DNA of 64,000 nucleotides. It comes from an uncultured delta proteobacterium. GTDB lineage: Bacteria; Desulfobacterota; Binatia; Bin18. The translations under genes and the position numbers were made by a program. Location: the NCBI GenBank assembly GCA_963733195.1, contig CAVTCR010000059.1:196848-260847 (forward strand), written 5' to 3'. The notes under the pieces were generated by a model, which was not told the origin of the DNA, did no database searches, and worked only from the letters and a program-made list of their open reading frames with translations. This document shows positions 20,922-32,072 of this stretch, piece after piece; the first letter of the stretch is position 1, and the number at the start of each line of letters is the position of its first letter.

Positions 20922-21551
20922 ATGAGCGTGCCTACGCTACCGAAGGGGAAGGTAGCAATCCTGGTGATGGATTGCCAAAACGATATCGTCCACGAACAAG
21001 GGAAGTTCGGCGGCGCTCTCACTGGGGGTGCGATGCCGAGGACAATTAAAGAGAGAAACATTCTCGGCAATATCAAGAAGCTTATGATGGCTGGGAGAGC
21101 GGCCAAGGTTCCTGTCATCCATGTGCGCCATACCTATCGGCCTGATTATGCAGACTTGCCCGGCAATGTCGGTGTCTTTCAAGCGATCAAAAAGGCGCAG
21201 GCCCTTCAAGATGGTACCTGGGGAGCAGAGATCCATGCTGACCTGACGCCTGACCCGTCGGATTGGGTCATTACCAAAACGCGGGTGAGTTCCTTTTACG
21301 CCAGTCCGCTCGAAGGCATTCTCCAGGCGCAGGGTATTACGCATCTGGTACTGACTGGTATTGCGACAGATGGAGTCGTCGAAGGCACGGCTCGCGACGG
21401 TGCTGATCGCGGTTACTCCATTCTCATCCCTGACGATTGTTGCGCGGCGACTACGGAAGAAGCTCATCGAGTGATTCTCGGTGGGATTTTGTCGGCGCTG
21501 ACAACGGTGTGTAAGGCAGATGAAGTGATTCAGGCGCTCCCGCGCAATTAA
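20922..21551 (+). CDS. Isochorismatase/cysteine hydrolase family protein
   Basis: LVMDCQNDI, GTWGAEI, ITKTRVSSF and LTGIATDGVVEGTARD motifs. Confidence 0.9.
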   Translation: MSVPTLPKGKVAILVMDCQNDIVHEQGKFGGALTGGAMPRTIKERNILGNIKKLMMAGRAAKVPVIHVRHTYRPDYADLPGNVGVFQAIKKAQALQDGTWGAEIHADLTPDPSDWVITKTRVSSFYASPLEGILQAQGITHLVLTGIATDGVVEGTARDGADRGYSILIPDDCCAATTEEAHRVILGGILSALTTVCKADEVIQALPRN

Positions 21552-21639
21552 GAATGAAGAGTGTAGAATGAAGAATGAGGAAAGAAAGAGTTTTTCCACT
21601 CTTTACTCTTAATTCTTCATTTTCTGTAAGGAGCTGTGC

Positions 21640-22833
21640 ATGAGTGGTGCGTTAGCCGGTATCCGTGTCATCGACTTCACTAACAATCAGGCTGGCCCGT
21701 CTTGTGGGCAAATGTTGGCGTGGCTCGGCGCGGATGTGATTAAGCTCGAAGAGCCAGGGAAAGGTGACATCGCGCGGCAGAGTCTCAGCGACCGCCCCGA
21801 CGCCGACAGTCTGTTTTTCCTGACCTTTAATGGTAATAAACGTAGTCTCACTCTCAATCTCAAAAGTCAGCAAGGCAAAGAAGTCTTTCGCAAGCTGCTC
21901 AAGACGGCGGACGTCCTCTTGGAGAATTTCGGACCTGGTGTCCTCGAACGGTTAGGGTTTGGGTATCCAACGCTCAAACAACTTAATCCACGCCTTGTGT
22001 ATGCCAGCATTAAAGGCTTCGGCAGTTACGGACCGCACAGTCATTTCAAGAGTTACGAACCCATTGCCCAAGCGATGGGTGGAGCAATGAGCGTTACCGG
22101 GTTCGCTGACGGTCCGCCGACCTTTACCTGGGCGTGTATTGGCGATTCGGGGACCGGCATGCACTGTGTTATCGGTATCCTCGCGGCGCTCATGCAGCGA
22201 CACACAACTGGTGAGGGGCAACAAGTCGAAGTGGCTATGCAAGAAGCGGTAATGAATTTGGTGCGAGTCAGCCTGCGTGATCACCAACGGTTTGGAAAAT
22301 CGGTCGAGCGTACTGGCAACCAACTTGGTCCGGGAGTTCCGGGAACGATCTACCGCTGTCATCCCGGTGGCCCAAACGATTATGTATTTGTTTTTGCCCA
22401 GCAACAAATGTGGGAGCCGCTTCTCCGTGCGATCGGACGTGAGGATTTAATCGGCGATGCACGCTACAACAGCGCCAACGCGCGTCTCGAACGGGTGGCT
22501 GAAGTCAATGCGTTGATTGAAGCATGGACCTCGCAACGCTCAAAGTTTGAAGTGATGAAAATTCTGGCTGACGCCGGTGTGCCGTGTGGTGCGTGCCAGG
22601 ATACCGGCGAAGTGTTGAACGACCCGCATCTGCGGGCACGGAATATGATCGTTGAAGTCGAGCATCCGGTGCGAGGGAAGTACCTGTCGGCGGGGAACCC
22701 AGTACGACTCTCTGCTTCGGATGTACCGCAGACACCAGCTCCTTTGCTTGGTCAGCACAACTTGGAAGTTTTACGGGAATTGGGCTACCGCGACGCGGAG
22801 ATCTCCGCGCTCAAGGAGGAAGGAGTGATTTGA
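21640..22833 (+). CDS. Family III CoA-transferase (formyl-CoA transferase-like)
   Basis: QAGPSCGQMLAWLGADVIKLE, NGNKRS, ENFGPG and catalytic IGDSGTGMH motifs. Confidence 0.92.
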   Translation: MSGALAGIRVIDFTNNQAGPSCGQMLAWLGADVIKLEEPGKGDIARQSLSDRPDADSLFFLTFNGNKRSLTLNLKSQQGKEVFRKLLKTADVLLENFGPGVLERLGFGYPTLKQLNPRLVYASIKGFGSYGPHSHFKSYEPIAQAMGGAMSVTGFADGPPTFTWACIGDSGTGMHCVIGILAALMQRHTTGEGQQVEVAMQEAVMNLVRVSLRDHQRFGKSVERTGNQLGPGVPGTIYRCHPGGPNDYVFVFAQQQMWEPLLRAIGREDLIGDARYNSANARLERVAEVNALIEAWTSQRSKFEVMKILADAGVPCGACQDTGEVLNDPHLRARNMIVEVEHPVRGKYLSAGNPVRLSASDVPQTPAPLLGQHNLEVLRELGYRDAEISALKEEGVI

Positions 22834-22966
22834 GGAGTAGAGGAAAAGGTAAAATGGGGAAAAGGAGAAAGAGTCAGATACAGGACACGCAATACGTAAT
22901 ACGCGTGATACGTGAGTGCGTGTTCAAGAAACCGAGCAAAACTAACCCATAAAGGAGGGTACTGTT

Positions 22967-24079
22967 ATGGCAAGCTACGGTATCATTTCGGCGGATTCAC
23001 ACTTTGTTGAGCCACCAAAGATGTGGGGAGAACGGCTGGACAAGAAGTTCCGCGACCGTGCGCCTCACACCGTGCGCGGGCTCAATGGCAAGGATGGTGA
23101 GTTCTTCGTCTGTGAAAACATCAACCCCTTTCCTGTCGCCGCGTTCTTTGGTGCTGGGGTTCCGTCAGAGCAACTGCCGGAACACAACAAAAAAGGTATG
23201 GAGCAAGCTCCAGCTAGTGTCTGGGATCCGGCCGCCCGCGTCAAAGACCAGGACCGCGACGGTGTCATCGCCGAGGTGATCTACACCTCGATGGGTATGC
23301 CGTTATACATGCTCGATGACGTCGAGCTGCGGGCCGCTTGTTTCCGCGCGTACAACGACTGGGCGGTCGACTATTGCAGCCACAATCCCAAACGACTGCT
23401 GCCTTTGGGGTTGCTCACGCTGGAGGACATTCCGGCGGCTGTAGAAGAACTCAAACGTATTGCCAAGAAGGGCGTGCGCGGGGCGATGATTTGGGCGGAG
23501 GCCCCCGATGACAAGCCGTACAACCATCCGGACTACGATCCCTTCTGGACGGCTGCTCAGGAAGCCAACTTCCCGCTCTCTCTGCACGTCCTTACCGGCC
23601 GTAAAGGGACTGGAGTCGACTTCTTCAGCGGCAACCTGGCGCTCCAGGCCTCCACACTGCACCACGAAGTGGAGCGCTCGCTGGCTGTGTTTGTCCTGGG
23701 TGGAGTACTGGAACGGTTCCCCAAGCTGACGATCATCTCCGCTGAGAACGATGTAGCCTGGATGCCCTACCTCATGTGGCGGATGGACATGATCCACAGC
23801 CGTCTGGGGGCCCTCGCTGGCGTGAAGCTGGCCATGAAACCCAGCGATTATATCAAGCGGCAGGTGTACGCCACCTTCATTAACGAGCCGATATTCATCA
23901 AAACGCTTGACATCTACGGCCCAGGCAATGTGATGTGGTCGTCAGATTATCCGCACACTGCCGCCACCTGGCCACGGTCGCAGGACTTCATCAACAAAAC
24001 CTTCAACGATCTATCTGATAATGACCGCCGCTTGATCGTTCATGACACCGCCGCGAAGGTCTACAGAATCGAAGTGTAG
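22967..24079 (+). CDS. Amidohydrolase_2 family protein
   Basis: ISADSHFVEP, DQDRDGV, YNDW, LSLH and WSSDYPH motifs. Confidence 0.92.
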   Translation: MASYGIISADSHFVEPPKMWGERLDKKFRDRAPHTVRGLNGKDGEFFVCENINPFPVAAFFGAGVPSEQLPEHNKKGMEQAPASVWDPAARVKDQDRDGVIAEVIYTSMGMPLYMLDDVELRAACFRAYNDWAVDYCSHNPKRLLPLGLLTLEDIPAAVEELKRIAKKGVRGAMIWAEAPDDKPYNHPDYDPFWTAAQEANFPLSLHVLTGRKGTGVDFFSGNLALQASTLHHEVERSLAVFVLGGVLERFPKLTIISAENDVAWMPYLMWRMDMIHSRLGALAGVKLAMKPSDYIKRQVYATFINEPIFIKTLDIYGPGNVMWSSDYPHTAATWPRSQDFINKTFNDLSDNDRRLIVHDTAAKVYRIEV

Positions 24080-24408
24080 GTTTGATGACACCGAGGAGCG
24101 GAGAACTGGAGACTTGAAGATGACTGCTCTGGTTCTTCTCTTCTGTTCTCTGTTTCCTCGACAACGCATTGCCTATCTTAACCAGTGTCAATTGTTAGTG
24201 ATCGTCAAATTTACTTGACACTCTTGCTCCACGCCGGACTCTCCTGAACTTTCTTGCCGGCGTCGCCACCTCACGGTAACTACAGTTGACGACCGCGATT
24301 CCAGTCTATGCCCAAGATCTGCAAATTCCTTGTGAAAATAAGACGGCTAGGTGATGGCGTGATCATTGCGCTGGAACGCTACAGAACTTTACACAGGAGG
24401 GGAACCCT

Positions 24409-25354
24409 ATGGCTGTAAGAAGAAGCGGAACTGCGGGTGCTGGTGAGCAACCTACTATTGCGACGACAATGTGGGACGATGGAGGCACATAGTCGACTTT
24501 TAGAAGAAGACCCAAACTTTCGTCGAAACCAACGGGAGCTTGAGCATACCGTGGCTCGCCGGATGGCACTGGAAAGAGGAGCGCTGAGAACGGGAGGGCC
24601 ACTCACTATCTCGGTTGTCGTTCACGTTGTGTATAATACGCCGACTGAGAATATCACTTTGTCGCAGATCAGGAGCCAGATTCGCGTCTTGAATCGCGAT
24701 TTCCGCGCGAAAAATCCAGACAAGTCCAAAGCGCCGACAGTCTGGAAAGGATTAGTTGCTGATACTAACGTTCAGTTTGTGCTTGCTAAGAAAGATCCCA
24801 CAGGTAAACCGACTTCCGGCGTCACGCGGACAAAGACGAACCGAACGTCATTCAGAGCTGATGATGCGATGAAATCGACAACCAGCGGCGGAGTGAATCC
24901 GTGGCCCACGGATAGATACCTGAACATCTGGGTTTGTAACCTTGGAGGTGGGCTTCTTGGCTATGCTCAATTTCCAGGTGGTCCTGCGCAAACCGACGGC
25001 GTTGTCATTACCCATAGGGGATTCGGGACGACTGGGACCGCAGCTGCTCCATTTAAGTTGGGGCGAACCACAACCCATGAAATCGGGCACTACTTGAATC
25101 TGCGCCACATTTGGGCTGATACAGAGGATTGTAGCGCAAGCGATTTTGTTGCTGATACCCCGAATGCAGAGGGCCCGAACTTCGGCAAACCGACGTTTCC
25201 TCACGTCTCCTGTAGCAACGCTCCCAATGGCGATATGTTCATGAACTACATGGATTACGTGGATGATGATTCCATGTTTATGTTTTCAACCCAACAGGTA
25301 GCGCGGATGCATACAACGCTCGATGGTCCTCGGAAGAAGCTGGTCACTCCTTAA
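24409..25354 (+). CDS. Zinc metalloprotease, M43 (ulilysin/pappalysin family); frameshift near the 5' end
   Basis: Cys-switch RQCGT, LLGYAQFP, HEIGHYLNLRHIW and Met-turn MNYMDY. GGAGG RBS before ATG 24409. Confidence 0.92.
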
Positions 25355-25371
25355 AGTTACACGGGGGGGCG

Positions 25372-25706
25372 ATGGCAAAGAAAATCAAGCGAGAAATCCT
25401 CTGCCAGCATTGGATGCATGCATGGGAGGAAGACACGCAGACAGAGCGAGTTTTCCGGCCTGCGACCTACGAGTTCAAACTTTCCCGTCGCCCTCGAGAC
25501 TCCTTTGAACTGAAACCCGATGGCACTGTGGTTGAGGGAAGGCACGCCAGCAGCGACTGATCGCGTGCAAGAATCCCAAGGAACCTGGGAACTCATCAGA
25601 TGACAACCAGCTTGTTTTCTATACCGGGTCACAATCTGAACCTACGAAAAAGCTGCGGATTGCCTCAGCAAGTAAGGACCGGTTGGTCATCAAGCAGGGC
25701 AAGTAA
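25372..25706 (+). CDS. Small hypothetical protein following the M43 protease; frameshifted
   Basis: W.HAWEED...VFRP..Y.F...R.R.SFELKPDG, continuing after frameshifts to ...LRIASASKDRLVIKQGK*. Confidence 0.6.
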
Positions 25707-25834
25707 GCAGTCATTTCTTCCAAGCTGTAAGAAATGATGGACTGACAGGGACGAGTGTCCCAGTCAATCCCACACCAGGGCTCTCGGGTTTCTTGTGTAA
25801 TGCAGGACTTACGCTCAGTGGCCGTTAATTCCCA

Positions 25835-26190
25835 TATATGGTGGTTTGTCTCGTGTTTTAGCCCTACATGTGGGAGTCGAGCGGATACGGGTCTTTGTGC
25901 AGTTACAGACGTTGCTGAAGCCGTTTGGGCTGGTGCACTTTTACACTGATGCGGCCGGAGTCTATGCGCGTCATCTTCCGGCCTCTGCTCATACTGTCGG
26001 CAAACTCCATACGCAGCAGATCGAACGGAAACATCTGACGCTACGGACACGGATTAAACGACTAGCACGGAAAACAATTTGTTTTTCAAAATCGGTCTTC
26101 ATGCATGACACCGTGATTGGCCTCTTTGTGAATCGCTACGAATTTGGTACTTGATCTAAGCCACACCATCAACAAGTTGAGAACACGACC
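25835..26190 (+). mobile_element. IS1-family remnant (InsB 3' part plus right inverted repeat)
   Basis: FYTD...HTQQIERKHLTLRTRIKRLARKTICFSKS is InsB-like. 26168-26190 reverse-complemented reads GGTCGTGTTCTCAACTTGTTGAT, resembling the IS1 IR. No left end found. Confidence 0.85.
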
Positions 26191-26211
26191 CTCTAACTGA
26201 GAGAGGTGTCT

Positions 26212-29200
26212 ATGAAGCTCTCTTCTCTTCTACCCCCTGCTCTGGTTAAACACATTGGTGTATTGCTAACTGTCTTATTCCTGCCGCTTAGCTCGGCCTT
26301 GGCTCATCTCCCCCCGATCCTCATCAATGCAGGTGGACCGAAGTACACTGACACGGCCGGCGATCTTTGGGTTGCCGATACTCCCTTTGTAAAACCAAGT
26401 AATACCTTCAAGACAAGTGCGAGTATTTCCGGTACAAGCGATCCAGCACTCTACCAGTCAGAGCGATGGGGAGCGACGTTGTTGTACGGTATCCCCGTAG
26501 AGAATGGGCAATACGATGTTGTGGTTCATTTCGCTGAGATCTATTTGAATAAGGCAGGGGCTCGAATTATTGATGTTTTTGCCGAAGGGATCCTCAAAAT
26601 TAACGACCTTGATATTTGGTCTCTGGTTGGAAAGAACGCTGCCTACAGTGCCACTTTTCCGGTGACGGTATCTGACGGAGTTCTCAGTCTCCAATTTGTA
26701 GGGGTCGTGCAGAACGCCAAAGTCTCTGCTATCGAACTTCATGAGCTGGAAGGATCCGCAAACCTCGCCCCAGTCGTCAACGCCGGAGCCGATAAGAGTA
26801 TCACCCTTCCCACATCAACCGTCTCACTGACTGCCACGGCTACAGATGACGGAATCCCCAATCCGCCAGCCGCTTTAACCTACGCCTGGACAAAGGTGAA
26901 TGGTCCGGGAACCGTCACTTTTAATTCACCGTCTGCGCTGAGCACCAGCGTTTCTTTCACGCAAACCGGAGTTTACGTACTTCGCCTGACGGTATCAGAT
27001 TCAGCTCTCAGTAGCAGTGATGATGTTGTCGTCACCTTCAACGCGGTGTCCTCTGGTCCGACGGTGACAAGTTTTACGTTGATTAATGCTAACACCGAGC
27101 AACCTATTGCCGCATTTAATCCACTTCTACCGGGGGCAACTCTCAACCTGAGCACCCTGGGCACTACCAATCTCAATGTGCGGGCAAATACAAACCCCGT
27201 CACGGTCGGCAGCGTGGTGTTCGGGCTCGACGGCAATCCCAACTTCCGCACCGAGAATGTAGCCCCCTATGCGCTCGCGGGCGACAATGGGGGAAATTAT
27301 AACCCGTGGACTCCCTCCCTCGGCAGCCACACTCTTACTGGAAAAGCCTTCACCGGCAGTAATGGCACCGGGACGAGTGGCGCAGTGCTCACGGTTTCCT
27401 TTTCGGTTGTTAACAGCCCATTAGGAAATCAAGCTCCGGTCGTCAATGCGGGCCCAGATAAGCAGATTACTCCGCCAACCAATTCCATATCGCTCACCGC
27501 AACGGCATCGGATGACAACCTCCCCAATCCCCCTGGAAAGCTCAGCTACCAGTGGCTCTCACTTAACGGTCCGGGACCCGTCGTGTTTTCAGCTCTTACT
27601 GCCCTCAACACCTCGGCAACCTTCTCCACAAGCGGTGTATATACGCTGCGACTTACAGCAAGCGATGGAAACCTCTCAGCTTCCGACGAGGTGGCTGTCA
27701 CGGTACAGCCGCAAACGTCTGGACAAGGTGCCGTGCGAATTAATTGCGGTGGTGGACAGTTTGTCGATAGCCAGGGGCAATCATGGAGTGCGGACACTCA
27801 TTTTTCTGGCGGTTCGTCATTTACCACTGGCTCGGCAATAGCAAACACGAACGATGACACCCTCTATCAGAGTGAACGTTTTGGTGCGGCATTCTCGTAT
27901 GGCATCCCCGTACCGAATGGAGTCTATCAGGTTACCATCCATCTTGCGGAGATCTACTTTAACAATGCGGGCCAACGAGTATTTTCCATAAACGCTGAAG
28001 GTACGCCTTTGGCAAACAATCTCGACATTGTGGCACAGGCGGGAAGCAGCTTTTCAGCCATTCAACTCACGAGCGATGTCACCGTCGACGATGGCACTCT
28101 GAACCTGGACTTTGTTAAAAATACGAACAATGCAAAATGCTCAGCAATTGAAGTTCTGCCGAATGTCCACGAAGGCGATCCTTATCTTCATGTGGTAATT
28201 AACGGGCCAGATTATGCCGTCGACTACGACGGTAATGGGATAGAGTCATCACCCTTGACGGGTCATTCTCCCACACCCATGAATTTGGGCAGACTCTCGT
28301 GGACTTTATTTGGACAGAGGGTAGTTCACTTCTCGGCACTTCGACGAAGCTGACGCATTCCTATGGTTTGGGATCTCATCGACGTTACTCTTACCATTGG
28401 CGATTCGAATACTCCGCAGAGAACTTTGGCCGGCTCGCATCTGCTCAACATCTATCCACCAAATGCGGTTGGAGGAGTGTATATGCGCTACTATCCGGCA
28501 AATGGCAGTAGTCTCAGTAGCCTTATTGACAACCTCCCATCGACTCCACAGTTTTTGGAGGTTGCCCCCTCGCTTCACGTAGACAGCATTACCGGCAAGA
28601 TGGGGCATTCTCCCTTTACCTCTGACACAGTACTGGTTCTTGCTGGAAAATATACTGCGGCCTCAAGCGGAATCTATTCGTTTAGCCTTAGCGGAGGTTC
28701 GATAAAACGGCTATTCATTGACGGCATCCTGGTATCAGGACCAATGTCGCTCGCCTCGGGAACACATACTATCGAAGCACGTTTCGGCGTAGCGACACTC
28801 GCAGAGTTGCCAATTGATGTATCCCTGTCGGTGAATGGTAGCGTCCTTCAGCCAATTCCGACAAGCAATCTGAGACACGACGAATCATCTCTTCTGCCAT
28901 TCATAAACTCCCTTCCCGCGGGAGGAAAATCGAGTGGTGGAGAACTTATCACCATATCTGGCGTCGGGTTTTTCCCGGCCAATGGGGTAATGGTACACTG
29001 GGGTGCGACGACCATCCTTCCAAGCAATCTCACGGTGACTCCAAACACAATCTCCTTTATAAAGTCCTGCCGGCACTGGAACTAGAACCGTGACCGTCGA
29101 GACGCCAAATGGAGTCAGCAACTCCAAAGTCTTCACCTATGGGAGCAGTGGAGGGGCAGTAGCCTTCTTTAACCCTACCGTCATTGCTTCAGCCGGCACT

Positions 29201-31543
29201 CCAACGCGTGGCGTATGGGGTCCGGATGGACGTCTCTACGTCGCCTCAGTGACTGGGAATATTTATGCCTGCACCTTGAATGATGCTTATGTGGTTACTA
29301 ATACCCAGGTAATCCCAACCCTCTCGACCTCAGCAAAACCTGCCATCCTGGGTATTACGTTTAACCCCTTCGACCCACCGAGCCCGGTGAAGATTTACGT
29401 GGCTCATTCCGCTCTCTTTGCCGATGGAGGCAGCTGCGTGACGTCGGCTTCGACCTACAAGAGTCAGGTATCAGTACTCACTGGGCCGAATTTTAACATC
29501 ATCTCCCCACTTATCACGAACCTTCCGGCCTCAAATCACGACCATGCTGTTAACGGAATGCAGTTTGACAACTATGGAGATCTCTTGATCGCCGTTGGGG
29601 GAAACACCAACGCTGGCGTTAAACACTGTAATATTGGGGACCTTCCAGAATCGCCTCTTACCGCAGCTATTCTCATCGCCGAGACTTCGAACCCTAGTTT
29701 TAATGGCACTATCCAGTATCTTGAGACTGCAACCGGCCTAACGAATTCCGATCAACGGTTCGGAGGCGTGGTGGACGTGGCTCCAGGGGTAGATGTAAGA
29801 CCGTTTTCCGTTGGATTTAGAAATCCTTTCAGCGTGCTTCTTCACACAAATGGGTGGTTCTATGCGCTCGACAATGGCCCGAATACTAGCTTCGGTGCGG
29901 CTCTCTCTCGGCGACCACACAAGGACCGGACCCAGGTGCGCCTGATGAACTTCTTATTCTCGGTCGGGATCGCTACTACGGACATCCCAACAGAAATCGT
30001 GGAAGATATGACGACCGTCAGAATGTGTATCGTGGCCCGACGCACGCATCCCTTCTTGCTAATTACACTCCACCGCTAGGAATTTTTCAGCCATCGTCAA
30101 ACGGATTGTCCGAATACCGGGCAACTACGTTTAACAACGGCATGCGGGGACAGCTACTTGTTCAGCAGTGGAATGGTACTTTGCATCGGGTAAAGCTCAC
30201 CGACGACGGAAGGGCGATTAACTCTCAGGTGCTGATTCCAAACGCTCCAGGAGCGCTTGATGTACTCGCCGGTCCTGGTGGGGCCGTTATCGGAGTGAAC
30301 TATTCAGGCAATAACATCACCGTGATGAAGCCGAATGATACCTCGGTGACGGGCATGCAGGCGTTCGATATATTTCCCTGGAGAGCTCTCTGGCAACGGA
30401 CTCCACAGCTTCGTCATTGGTGGGGTAAACTTCGGAAGTCTTTCTAACACCTCAGTAAGCTTTGGAGGGATCCCGGCGACTTTGACTTCGGTGAGCTCAA
30501 CCCGAATTAAGGGAATTATTCCGGCAAGCGCGGCGCCGACGCCTAATTTCATCGATGTAGTAGTGAATAGCAATGGACAGGCTTCGACTCTTGATAAGGC
30601 GTTTCGTTATGTCTTTCGCCCCGAGGCGGGTAAAGGCAAGTGGGCCAACCTGGCAGAGCCTTCCTCTGGCTCTGGGAGAAGTTGCGAGCGGATTGATCAA
30701 CGGCGTTGTCTATGTGGTTGGTGAGGTGAATCCCAGTACGCTCGCTTATGACATCAACAACGGCACCTGGCAGTCAAACCTCGCCGCACGACCATTTCCG
30801 GGAAATCACCATGCTGCTGAAGTCATTGGGGGCAAACTGTACCTCTTTGGGGGACTTGGTGCGAATGCACAAGGCAAGGTACAGATTTATAACCCGGCTA
30901 CCAATACCTGGAGCTTAGGGGCTCCCATCCCGTTTGCCACTGGGTCAGCCTCCACGGCCTTGATAAATGGGCTGGTATATTATGCCGGAGGAATTGACCT
31001 CACGGGTAACACGGTTGTAAGTGCTGCTGTCTACAACCCGGTCACCAATTCTTGGAGTGGGGTTGCGCCGATGCCCGTAGGGCGCAATCACACTGCAAGC
31101 GGAACTGATGGAGAAAAGTTCTACATCTTCGGAGGACGAGGACCTGGAAGCGGAAATGGCAACACCGTCGCGATTGGTTTTACGGATGTATTTATCTACA
31201 ATCCTGCTACCAATACCTGGGCCTCGAGTATGACCCCGGGGTCACAATTCCGCCACTGCCCCAGGCACGTGGTGGGATGGGAAAGGCTGCCTATTTCCGA
31301 GGGGAATTTTATGTGATGGGTGGAGAAACTACCGCTCAGGGTACTGGGCAGGTTAATGGAAACGTCTATAATCGCGTCGACGTATATAACCCCATCAGCC
31401 AAACCTGGCGACTTGAAAGTCCACTTCTAAACGCCCGTCATGGACATTTCCCCTTGACGGATGGACAACATATTTATGTCCTCGGAGGTGGTCTCAGCGC
31501 GGGATTTGGGCAGTCGACAAGCGCTGAGCGTTTCCAGCAGTAA
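26212..31543 (+). CDS. Large secreted multidomain protein (malectin x2, PKD/Ig-like, PA14-like, IPT/TIG, glucose/sorbosone-dehydrogenase-like propeller, Kelch repeats); about 7 frameshifts
   Basis: Signal peptide, INAGG...LYQSERW...HFAEIY (malectin), APVVNAG.D (PKD-like), GFRNPF...DNGPN (propeller) and YNPATNTWS (Kelch) across consecutive co-oriented ORFs. Confidence 0.8.
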
Positions 31544-31608
31544 CTCAACAGTCGAGACAACCTTCGAGGCCTCTGCTTTTGGAAATGCTGGCATTGAGGT
31601 GGCTCCAA

Positions 31609-32060
31609 GTGTGGAATGGTCATTGGACCTATTCCGATTGGGAATAGAAGTTAGTGCGTGGCAATCGCGACTTCTTCTTGAACCGCCAGCCGTTAAGTGC
31701 ACATTTAGCGTATACAAAAAATGCTGGGTTCGATGTCCTGGCGGTAGAACAAGAGCGCACCAGGACACACGAAGATGCCAGCGAGCACCACAGTCAACTC
31801 GGCTGTGTAGCCGCAGTGAAAAGAGGGACAGCGTGGATCTCGGTTACTTGCTCCGTTCTGGTTTAGGCATCCCAGATTACTGGCATCCATATTTGGAGCT
31901 GCAGCCGGATTTTCTATCGGGCAAGATCGCCCGTTATCCCTTCTCAATGGAAGTCAAAGCCGATTACCCAGGGCCACTAAATGACGAGGGCGTACCGATC
32001 GTTTTTTGGGGTGAGGGGAAGAAAGCAAGTCCATCGCCCGCGAACATTATATTGTGTAAC
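31609..32060 (+). pseudogene. Relic fragments: C-terminus of a putative methyltransferase and N-terminus of a putative D-glucuronyl C5-epimerase-like protein
   Basis: WNGHWTYSDWE*KLVRGNRDFFLNRQPLSAH, then from GTG 31833 DYWHP...KADYPGPLNDEGVP. Family resemblance is from memory only. Confidence 0.35.
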
Positions 32061-32072
32061 GTGGAGGATAAG

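Noticed and set aside
23200-23900. Apparent GC-richer patch within the amidohydrolase gene as a recombinant mosaic
   Set aside because: Judged by eye only. It cannot be distinguished from codon bias without computation.
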